Virus record (IMG/VR): IMGVR_UViG_3300020045_002275
Location: 1-46,187 of that record
DNA: 46,187 nucleotides
DNA from: a virus
Taxonomy: Duplodnaviria; Caudoviricetes
Strand: one strand, 5' to 3'
The notes under the pieces were generated by a model, which was not told where the DNA came from, did not search any database, and saw nothing but the letters and a program-made list of their open reading frames with translations. The position numbers and the translations under genes were made by a program. Of this stretch, positions 9,833-20,541 are shown in pieces. Positions within the stretch are counted from its first letter, which is position 1; every line of letters begins with the position of its first letter.

Positions 9833-10602
9833 TGAGAAGCTATCGCGAACTTGTGTTTAGTGTGCTTGATTCTGTTAAAATATTTAGCGATGATTCGGTT
9901 TGAGAAACCGACTATATTGCTAGCGTTTTAAATAAGTATCGAGGACTACTATTCACACAAAAATATAAAGGCAAGAAGGTAGAAATACCTTTTGCCTACT
10001 ATCAGAGATTGAATGTATATTTTGATACCACATATGGTGATGGACAAATATATCAATCAGTTAAACAACTTCCAAACATCCTTGACACTACAAATTTATG
10101 GCAATATACATTTGTTAGTAATGATGGAATGCGAAGTGATAATTTAAATTTTATTAATCCACAAAGATTCAAAAATGTTGGATATAATAAATGATTAAGA
10201 AGTCAAGTCTGCATTACAATAGACTTAGATAATCATATGTATGCTAAAAGTCCTGGAAGTAATATTAGTAATGCTGTACAATTCGTAGGAGAACCCGATG
10301 TAATTACATCTGAGACTAAATATACATTGATATCAGAAACTGGCTTAAACCAACTCGCAGCAGAGAATCTAGTAGACTCATATGTTTATTATGATACTAT
10401 ACTTGATAATCCAATAGAAGGATATAGATTTAATGACGATAATACATTAGATGTATTGGACTTTATATTCCCTTGTGAAGAATCTTTAATTCAACCGATC
10501 ATAGATTTATGTATCAAAGAAATTGCAGCTATCAATGGAATTCCTAGAGATGCCGCCAATAACGCATCAGACGATTTAAGTTTACCTAAACAACAAAATT
10601 AA
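9832..10602 (+). CDS. tail ring protein, 256 aa in code 4
   Basis: MRSYRELVFSVLD..SDDS N-terminus and LDFIFPCEESLIQPII C-terminus. TGA at 9901 and 10192. Orthologue at 43194-43961. Confidence 0.75.
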
Positions 10603-11180
10603 TGGAGCAGACATTCGAGGAGTATTTAAAAGAAGCCAAGAATGTTCATGGCGATAGAAAGCATAAAATAACTGGAAGTCAGAATACAATAGCTGGCTTC
10701 CATTATTACAGAAAGATTAGACCAAAGGAAACTAAATTTACTCTTAAAGATAAAGAATATCTCTCCATTATAAGAGAAATGAATAACTTAGTTGCTGATT
10801 ATCTTGTTGAGAATAAGTCAATTAGCCTTCCATCTGGATTTGGAAAATTAGAGATTGTTAAGTACGAAACTAAATCGTGAATAGATGACGATGGTAAATT
10901 TATATCAAGCAAGATAGTTGATATGCATAATACATTTAAGTTATGGCATGAAGACGAAGAAGCTAGATTAAATAAAACCAAGGTTAGATTTGATGAAGAT
11001 TACATATTTAGAATCAAATATCCACAAAAAGGTAGGATGTATAAATATAATGGATATTTCTCAATGCAATTTAATAGAGAATTAAGGCATAAACTTTCCA
11101 GGTCAATTAAGAATGATAATTATGATACATATATAAAACCATCTAGAAGCGCATGGCTAAAGCAAAATGGACGAACCTAA
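10602..11180 (+). CDS. HU/IHF-like DNA-binding protein, 192 aa in code 4
   Basis: SISLPSGFGKLEI motif. TGA 10878 aligns with Trp in the uninterrupted 192-aa orthologue at 42610-43188. Confidence 0.75.
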
Positions 11181-11872
11181 GAATCGTCGCAGATAAAATA
11201 TTAAGAGATCCAATATTCATTGGATTAAATTTTGAAACTATCGTTGATTATTTCATAGACTTTATAACTATTGTTGGAGTCCCGGAATTATTTGACGAGA
11301 AGTTTACTAATGCAGAAATTCCAATTACGAACTATAGGGCTATATTACCTGATGATTTCTTGGAGGAGATTACAGTGCAAATAGACCACAAAGTTGCTAG
11401 AACAGCTACTGATACTTATTTTGGAAATTACCAAGAGTATCAGGACACTAATCCTAACGAATACTTTCCAGATAAGCGTTCAGAGCCATCCTATAAAATT
11501 AAAGGTGGTTATATCTACCTGTCCAAGAAGGAAGGTAATTTGCTTTTAAAATATAAATGTATAGCAACTGAAACCGATGTAACATCTGATGATTATGGAA
11601 TTCCATTAATGCCAGACGATCCAGTATTTATTCTTGCTCTACAATCATATATAGAAGTTCAATTCTTAAAGATGTTATTTAGAGCTGGTAAAATTAATAA
11701 CCAAGTCTTACAGATGGCGCAACAAGATTACGCATGGAATGTAGGACGATACGAGACTCATAGTAGACGTTTAACTTACGGTGATATGGAAACATTATCT
11801 CGTCAGTTTAAATCAATCCTGACACGCAATAACGATTTTAAAACACGTTTTAAACACTTGGGTTCTAGGTAG
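11153..11872 (+). CDS. tail ring / tubular protein (P22 gp4-like adaptor class)
   Basis: NYRAILPDDF, YKIKGGYIY and QQDYAWNVG motifs. Lies directly upstream of the muzzle gene. Confidence 0.75.
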   Translation: MAKAKWTNLRIVADKILRDPIFIGLNFETIVDYFIDFITIVGVPELFDEKFTNAEIPITNYRAILPDDFLEEITVQIDHKVARTATDTYFGNYQEYQDTNPNEYFPDKRSEPSYKIKGGYIYLSKKEGNLLLKYKCIATETDVTSDDYGIPLMPDDPVFILALQSYIEVQFLKMLFRAGKINNQVLQMAQQDYAWNVGRYETHSRRLTYGDMETLSRQFKSILTRNNDFKTRFKHLGSR

Positions 11873-11874
11873 TT

Positions 11875-12249
11875 ATGCAAATCAAATCAACCACATACAA
11901 GGTGAAAGGGATGAATCGTGATTTGAGCTATTCCGCATTCAATCCTGAGTTTTCATGACATAATAAAAATATACGACTTACAGCAAGAGATAGTAATGAC
12001 TTATTGAGCGTTACAAACGAGAAGGGTAATTTATCCATCTCATTCAATGACTTAACGCCAGAAAGAATATATACATACTCATATGCATCTGCATTTGAAG
12101 ATTACATAGGTGAGATAATAAATGTATCATACACATATCAATCCTCATTTGGGAGATATGTGTACGAGTTGAGTGATGGTCCAGCAGCTCCTTCATATAC
12201 ATACATCACTGGATTTACAAATTATATTAACGAATTAATAGAAATTTAA
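11875..12249 (+). CDS. N-terminal fragment of the muzzle/tail stabilisation protein fused to a degenerate Tyr-rich repeat tail
   Basis: KGMNRDLSYSAFNPEFS[W]HNKNIRLTARDSNDLLSVTNEKG resembles the usual N-terminus of crAss muzzle proteins. TGA at 11956, stop TAA. Confidence 0.7.
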
Positions 12250-12251
12250 AA

Positions 12252-12824
12252 ATGGCATTTACATACTCTGGATTTAAAAAATCCTTAAATTTAGTAATAA
12301 CAAAAACGGCACATCCAACCAACGTTGAGACCGTAATAAATGAAAATGGTCAAGGAGAGTTCATCTTTGACGGAACTACATATCCACAATTAACTGATGA
12401 TGAATTTTCTAAATTAGTTTCAAATGGCACTGATGGAACGTGAGAAATTAGAAAGAATGCTTTTATAGCATATATTGCTAATAAATATTCACTTGAACCA
12501 GACTTGCTATATAGTATAACTTGGTCAGATTCAAGAATTCCAGTTGACGAGATATTAATAACTATAGCTCAGCAGAGTGGAAGCACAGAATATCACATAC
12601 AAGGAAGTACGTCATCATCAATGCAGGAGCAAGTAGATGTTGTTGTCAAAGACTATATAAGTAACAATGAATATGCTATGAGTTTCTTTGGATCTGGATT
12701 TGATTCTGTCATAATGGACGTAAATGACTCTATAAAGAACTTGGTATTAGTATCAATATCTCCTGAATATGGAACATATGCGCATTATTCAGTAAATATA
12801 GTTGGCGCAATTATACCGGTATAA
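12252..12824 (+). CDS. hypothetical protein inserted between the two muzzle gene parts, 190 aa in code 4
   Basis: ORFs 12252 and 12504 join through TGA 12441. The N-terminal half is homologous to 40865-41452. Confidence 0.7.
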
Positions 12825-12825
12825 T

Positions 12826-15800
12826 ATGTCAAATATAATCGGTAAAACTATTGGAAGTTGTGTTATTAATGAGTACTTAGTATTATTCACTACGGACAGT
12901 TCTTCCGATAGAATATATAAAATAAAGCCACCAAATGATAGTGGTGTTTCAGATATTGTAAAGCTGGTTGAATTAAACCTTGGATTTAATGAGAGTAATT
13001 TAATTCAAACTCTTCCATTCTACGAGAATGCGTCTATTCAAAAAGTTTATTGGGTTGATGGATTAAATCAACCTAGAGTAATTAATATAGCTATTGATGA
13101 TGGTCGTATATATGAATATGTAGATACATCATTTGATTTTGTTCAAAATCTTGAATTAAACGAAACCTCTCAGATAACAAAATTATATGATACTGGATTA
13201 TTTAAATCTGGTGTTATACAATATGGAGCAACCTACTTCAATAAGAATGGAGCTGAATCTAATTTGTTTTGGATTAGCGACATTAATTATATCTCAATGG
13301 ATGATAGGGCTGGTAAGGTCGATGAGATTGTCAGGAATGCATTTAAAATCAATCTAAGTAATCTTGACGAAAAGTTTGACTACGTTAGAATTTATTCTAT
13401 ATATAGAACTTCAGTAGATGCAACACCAGAACTAAAGAGTGTTGTTGATTTAAAAATCCCAACCAGTAAATCAATAACATATGTTGATGGAGGTACTAGT
13501 GGATCTATAATATCTACGGACTTTTTATTGTATGTTGGTGGCGAAGAGTTAGTACCGCAATGTATATCTCAAAAAAACAATACGTTGTTTCTTGGAAATA
13601 TAACACTCCCTGATAATGTTATTATTCCACCAACACTACAAACTTATGGAGATGAAATTATAGCTACTGGAGTTCCAGTACATAATTCAATATTTTCATG
13701 AGAAACTAACGAGGTTGATTTTGAAGGGTTATCTCAACCGACTGGAAACTCAATGTATCCGTATATACCTTTTAAATCAAATGTAAGACACTTTAAGTTT
13801 GATGAGACATATAGACTTGGATTACAAGGGCAATTTCCTAATGGCAAATGATCTAATCCTATATGGCTTGGATACGACAATAAGGTTGATAAAAGATATT
13901 CTACTCGTTATGGTTCTACTGGTCAAGTAAAACTATCTTATGTAACTGGAAAGTATTCTATAGCTCAAAATCTAGTTCAATGGATGTCAAAACCAAAATC
14001 TGATGGAGGTCTTGGATTTTCTAAGATTAGACCAGTGATGGTTCCACTTAGTTATTCTGATAGAACAATTATTGCCCAGGGCATTGTAAATAACACACTA
14101 GGCAATATGAGCAATAGGTTTGGTACTAATAAATCAAATCTACCATTTTCTTATCCAGACTATTTATTTAGAACCAATGGAAAGCGTAAGACTACATATC
14201 AAGATTTAGATGCATATGATGGCCAATACGCTCACTTTGATTTATTAAAACTAAACAATAATCTTCGTCCATCAGGAAGCGATCCTAATGAATGAATTGA
14301 AATAATGGGCAATGGTGACACTTGGGATTATCATGATGTAAATCACAATGGAACACCTCCACCTGGAACTGCAAATAATCATACTACTCCATTTGGAGGA
14401 GATTTCGATAAGGATTTCTTTTTTGTTGATAGAAATATAGTAAACTTCTGAAGTCCAGATTTAATTAATAATACAGACCAATTAAATAGCTATGTAAAAA
14501 GCATTCAATCAGTAGGTCTTTACGGATTTGCATTTCAAACAGCTTTAAATTCTAAGTTTGAAATAGATTTTGGTGACAGACCAGATACGTCTGGTAGTGA
14601 CCCATTAAGTGATAATAAAGGAAATTATTACTCTAACGAAGACTATATTGGTGTTAGTAATTTCAAAAGACTATTCCCATACTTTGAAGGAACTCCAAGT
14701 GATGGTGGAAATAAAGAGCATAGAAGTTGGCATAATATTCCAATATGAAGTCCAGAAAAATATAAAATACATTTGCCATCAAGGGATGGCTCTAATACTG
14801 GTGTCGATTACCAGGACGAGACCATTGAGATTAATTTTACTAAACTAAATAAATCTGGATATAATTACTTTGGAATAAATAGGACGTTGAATTTACCTAG
14901 CTCAAGTGAATCCATTTATAAGTATAATATAAATAATCCGTATTTAGTTTTTAATGATTCAACAATATTCTATGAAAGTAATTTTGTTGACAATACCTTA
15001 AATAATGGCAATATACTATATTCTAAGAGTGTTGAAAAAAACTATCCATCTAACACATACTTCAATGCATTTAAATATGGTACTGGCGTGTGGGATTTGA
15101 ATGCTGGTTTAAAATACTCCGATAATCTAAAATGGTATGAATACAATGGTCCACCACAAGATCCTATTGATGAACCAATAAATTCTGGATTAGCTATAAA
15201 GTATAATACCAATACGCACGCTATATTTTCATTTGGATTAAAGAATGGATTATTTAGTTGTATGCCTAGGCTTAGAAATATATCGCTAATTGGGACTTCT
15301 ACTTATGAAGACTTTTCAAATCCAACAGACACCGACTGATATAGAAGTGGATCTGCTAATTTTAGAACAGATATTATAGGTAGAAGTTATTTAAATGATA
15401 TAATGTTAGATTCGGATAAGACCAGTATCAATACACTACCAATATTTGATTTATATAGTAATGTAACAAGCGATACTAGGTATGGTGGATTAACTGCTGA
15501 TGCATTATATAGCAATACGTGGATACCGTGTGGAGATTCCATTAGAATAAATGATAGTGCGGTAGATTTAAAATATACCATTGGCGATACATTTATAACT
15601 AGATTTGATATGCTCAGGGTCTTTCCAAATGACATACTACAAATACCGCAGCATACTGAAATAGTTTCATTTATATGTGAATCATTTACAAATTCTGATG
15701 GAAGAAGTGATGTAAATCGTTATAACACTGATAGCTCATTGATGACAACTGGAAATTATGGATTATTCAATAATGTATATTCTCAGAAGAATAATTACTT

Positions 15801-16938
15801 TAACTACAATATATTAGACCCATTATTGTTTAACACAACTAGATTCAGCAATTCGATTGTATGGTCTAAAACCAAAGTGTCTGGCTCTATAAATGACACA
15901 TGAACTGATATCAATATGTTAAGTTCTATAGATTTGGATGGAGTTTATGGAGAGGTATCTTCAATAAACCTATTTAATAACGATTTATACGCATTTCAAC
16001 CGAAGGGTGTGGCTAGACTACTCTTTAATGAAAGAGTTCAACAGCAAGCTTCAGATGGAGTTTCAGTGGAGTTGACTAATGGTTATAAAGTTCCTGAATA
16101 TAGATATCTAACAAATCAATATGGTTGTAATAATAAGTGGTCAATAATTGAAGGTAAGCAAGGTATTTATTTTATAGACTATATTAATAAATCGTTGATA
16201 TCTATTGGTGATGGAATTAGAGACTTAGGATTATCTCTTGGATTTAAATCATGGTTTAATGAGAATACTGATGGTAGAAATTATACGCTATCTTACGATA
16301 GAATTAATAATGATTTATATATTCACGATGAAACTGATTGTTTAAATTATTCTGAAACTCTTGGAAGTTTTGTGTCATTCTTTGATTATGTAAATGTTCC
16401 ACAGATGAAAAACGTTTGAGATAATTTTATATCACTGAGTTATAGCGATATTCAAGGTAATACACAACAACTCTTATCAGAGAGTAGCTTAAATACACTT
16501 GGTAGTGAATCTGGCGATAATATTGTATCTGAGAATTCAGACTTGAATAGAACGTCACTTTGGATCCACAATAAGGGGGACTACAATATATTCTATGGTA
16601 ATCAAAAACCGTTCAGTGTTGAGTATTTACTTAATCCAGATCCATTAAACGACAAGGTATTTAATACATTCGAGTATAGACTTAATGACCAATTGATTGA
16701 TTGGAATAACGTAGTAGTATCTAATTGATATCAGGTTGGTAAATTAAACTCAGGTCAGTTTACGGCTAATATGAAGCGTAAGTTTAATGTCAATAGAGTT
16801 CAACTACCAAGACAGAACAATACTTTAAATAGAATACGTTCAACGTGGTCTAGATTAAAAGTATCACACGAAGTAACAGAAGTTAATAGCAATAATAAGT
16901 TTGATATGCAAGACTTGAATATCACCTATACTATTTAA
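12826..16938 (+). CDS. muzzle / tail stabilisation protein (P22 gp10-like class), main body, 1370 aa in code 4
   Basis: One frame with 9 TGAs (13699, 13849, 14293, 14449, 14746, 15337, 15901, 16417, 16726). Motifs: QKVYWVDGLNQPRVIN, QKNNTLFLGN, YGCNNKWSI, KRKFN. Confidence 0.85.
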
Positions 16939-16945
16939 AAATAAG

Positions 16946-16986
16946 ATAACCTATATATATTTATTATGTATGGGTTATTTTTTTTA
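16946..16986 (+). terminator. intrinsic terminator
   Basis: ATAACCTATATATA...TATGTATGGGTTAT followed by a T run. The phage B copy shows compensatory changes. Confidence 0.8.
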
Positions 16987-16993
16987 TTATATG

Positions 16994-17025
16994 CTTGTAT
17001 AATCCAAATACTTATTGTAACTTTG
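16994..17025 (+). promoter_or_regulatory. Bacteroidota-type promoter for the cargo operon
   Basis: CTTG, 20-nt spacer, TAACTTTG (17018-17025). Conserved at 36885-36916. Confidence 0.8.
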
Positions 17026-17084
17026 CAGAAATTTATAAAATTTGACGTAAAAATCAATTAAAACAATATAATAAATGCTTAATT

Positions 17085-18818
17085 ATGGCAAAAAAGAAAT
17101 TAAATAAATTCGTAGTGCCTAGAGAATATAATGAATCAGCTATATTTGCAAGAGGTGGAAATCTATATGGAGTCGGTGATTATTTATCAATACCAAAAAT
17201 GGGAGTTAATGTTACTGGTGGTCCAGATTTATCAAGTATAACTGCTAGTGGTGTACAAAAATTAAATGCCGCTAGCAAAACTACTACAACTATGCCACAA
17301 ACACCAGGCGTTGGAGCTTATCTAGGTGCAGCTCAAGGAGCTATGCAACTAGGTAATCAGGTGATAAATAATTTTGATACACCTGGAATTGGCAGTGAGG
17401 TTGTCGGGACTCAAGATATGTCACGCAATGACATATTAAATACTAATGTCAATGTGGATTCAAGACAGTCAAGTGTTGGCGGTCAAGCGTTAAGTGGCGC
17501 AATGACTGGTGCTCAAGCTGGTAGTCAATTTGGATTGATTGGTACTGGTATTGGCGCTGGAGTAGGATTACTTACTGGTGGAATATCATCTATAGTTGGT
17601 AATGATAAAAAGCAACAAGCTGCTGATTCAGCAGAACAAACATGAACGAATAATTTACAGGCTAAGAATAGACAATTTCAAGGTCAAGATTTAAGAACGA
17701 GTATGGCAAATTTCAATAATAATGGTGGTGATTTATTCGCTTATGGTGGACAAATGAAATCGCAACTAACTGAATTTCAAGAAGGTGGCAGTCACGAATC
17801 TAACCCAAATTCGGGTATATTGCAAGGTACTGGCGCTAACGGTAAACCCAATCTAGTTGAAGAGGGTGAAACAAAGCATGAAGATTATATATTCTCTGAT
17901 AGACTTAAAATCAATCCTAAAATATCTGGTGAGTTTAAGCTACCAAAAGGATTAAATGGCAAAACATTTGCTGATGCATCTAAATATTTATCAAGAGAGG
18001 GTAAGGATAGACCTAACGATCCAATAAGTAATAATGGAGTTAAAGCACACCTAGCTAAATTAACTGCTGCTCAGGAAGGCTTGAAAGCCAAACAACAACC
18101 ACAGCAAGGTATTCCAATGGAAGGTCAACCTAACGCTAACATATTAGAGCAAGGTCAACAGTTTGCTTATGGTGGAGACCAAACACATTATCAAAATCCA
18201 ACATTACAAGGTGCCAATATAGGCGCTGAAGGAATGGATTTGTCAAGATATGCTCCAGTAGGTGCAAACTTAGCAATGGGAATTAGTGATATGTTTGAAA
18301 AGCCAGAGCAAGTTACATTTGGTAGAGTTAATCCTGAGCGCGCAACAGCTAGAATTGATTATCAGCCAATAGATACTGAATGGATGAATAACAAAATGAA
18401 TGCTATTTATGCTGGAACTAGAGACCAAATGATTAACCAAGGTAGTGGCAATAGAGCAATTGCAATGGCTGGTTTATCTGGCATCAATCAACAACAACAA
18501 AACGCTGTTGGAGAAGCTTATATGAAAGCTCAAGACATTAACTACGGTCGTAAGAATCAAGCAACTCAATTTAATGCTGGTATAGAAGCTCAGAATGTGG
18601 CTGCACAAAATGCTGCACAACAAACTAATCTACAATTACAAATGCAAGAGATGGACGCTAATGCTCGTAATAGAGCTGCTAAGCGTAATGCTGCAAGACA
18701 AGCAATATTAAACGCTGCAAGTAATGTTGGTGATATAGGTAGAGAGAATTACTTTGGAAATATAACAACAAAATCTACTGGATATAATCCACTAGATAAT
18801 CTTAAATACAATAGATAA
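17085..18818 (+). CDS. virion cargo / ejection protein with glycine-zipper membrane segment, 577 aa in code 4
   Basis: The two ORFs join through TGA 17643. Has GAxxGAxxG hydrophobic helices, a GGSHESNPNSGI...NLVEEGET...YIFSDRL motif and a Gln/Ala-rich coiled C-terminus. Confidence 0.8.
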
Positions 18819-18819
18819 T

Positions 18820-20541
18820 ATGCCAATAAGTGCTTATGACAAAATAGATTACGCAGCATACAAGCCAATTTCATTTCAAGAGATGTGAGCTCCTGCGCAA
18901 CAACTTCGACAACAACATGATCAATTACAAGAAGAATACGCTCAGCAGGAACAGCAAGGTGGATTATCACTATTAGGTATAGACCCAGTTAGAGATAAAG
19001 CAGCTTATGATATTCAGCAAAACTTTATAATTAAAACCAAAGAAGCTGCTGACCAGTTAGCTACTAAAGGATTTATTGATTCTGGTAGACGTAGAGGCTT
19101 AATGGAAATTAAATCTTTATATACTAATCAAGTAGTTCCATTACAAAATCAATTAAAGATACGTCAAGAAAAAGCTGATATGCTTTATAAGATGAAGTTA
19201 CAGAATCCAACATATAGGGCGACTATGGATCCAAATTCAGTTTCATTAACCGATGGACTAAAAGATCCTAATGCTTTTAATTTTGATGGAGTTAGTGGAA
19301 ACGACCTATTCTCATCGGTATCTAAAAAAGCGGAGCAACTAAGCAGAGTAATTTCTCAAGATCATCCTAAATTAATATCGAGTGGTATATTTGCAAATTA
19401 CTTTACGGCATTGCAAAATGGAGCTACATTAGGTCAAATTGATAAAGCTATGAAGAGTGATGGTAAGTATAATCCACAAGATGTTGATAAGATGACTCAA
19501 ATGCTACACGGTATAGTTGGATCTACACTGGATGAGTATGGAGTTAAATCTAAATTTGCTAATAACGAGGCAATACAACAAGAGTTATGGAATACTGCTG
19601 CTCAGGGATTGTATTCCGCTGCTGGCACTAAACAGTTTGGTCAAATGCAGGATGATATGGCTTTATATAGGAAGAAAAAGGCCGAAGATGCACCTCCACT
19701 AGAACCTCCTGGGAAGCAGTTTTTACAATATGACCCATCATTTGAAAAGCAAGACTTAAAGAAAATTGATGATAATAAAAATAAATTATTAAATTCAATT
19801 TCGGACATAGACAGGGATATAGCTCACAGACAGACGCTTGTTAATTTTGGTGGAACCAAAGAAGATATAAGAACCTTAAATATTCTAAAAGAAAGAAAGA
19901 AGTCATTATTGGTTGAACACAATAATTTGCAGTCTGAATATTTAAACTTTGCAAAAGCATCTGGAATTAAAATTCCAAAAAGCAGTAACGGTAAAATGGC
20001 TAAAAGTGATTATGAGTCATTAATATCTTTGGTTTCAGAGAAAATGAAAGAAGACTATAAGTCTGCAAATAAAACAAGATATTTCTTCAATACAAAGCCT
20101 GAGACTCAACAAGAGTTTTCTTCAGCATTGAGCTCTATGGATAAAGTTGTTGACATTAATGGAGATGAACTGTCTAAATCTGATATACTGGAAAATGGCA
20201 AGCTTAAATCACCAGGGGTTTTAAAGTTTGGAACTAATGGAATGTATTTACAAATTGTCGATAAAAATAACAACTCAAAAACAATACCGTGGAATCCAGA
20301 ACATTTAGGTAATCCTGCAATGTCTTCAGATTATACGTTATTGACAAATATAAAAGACGACTCTAAAAATCTGGGTCAAAAAGATTTTGAAGTTAAATAC
20401 GGAATTCCATTAAATAAGTCTAAGACTGTAATTGAGAATCTAACAACAAAAATATCAAACGGACTAAACAGCCAGTACACACAAACAAAAACTGCTGATA
20501 TAGACCCTGGATATCAACAATATCAATATGGACAACAATAA
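18820..20541 (+). CDS. virion cargo protein, 573 aa in code 4
   Basis: ATG 18820 follows the upstream stop, with TGA 18886 at codon 23. Orthologue at 33100-34968. Confidence 0.75.
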
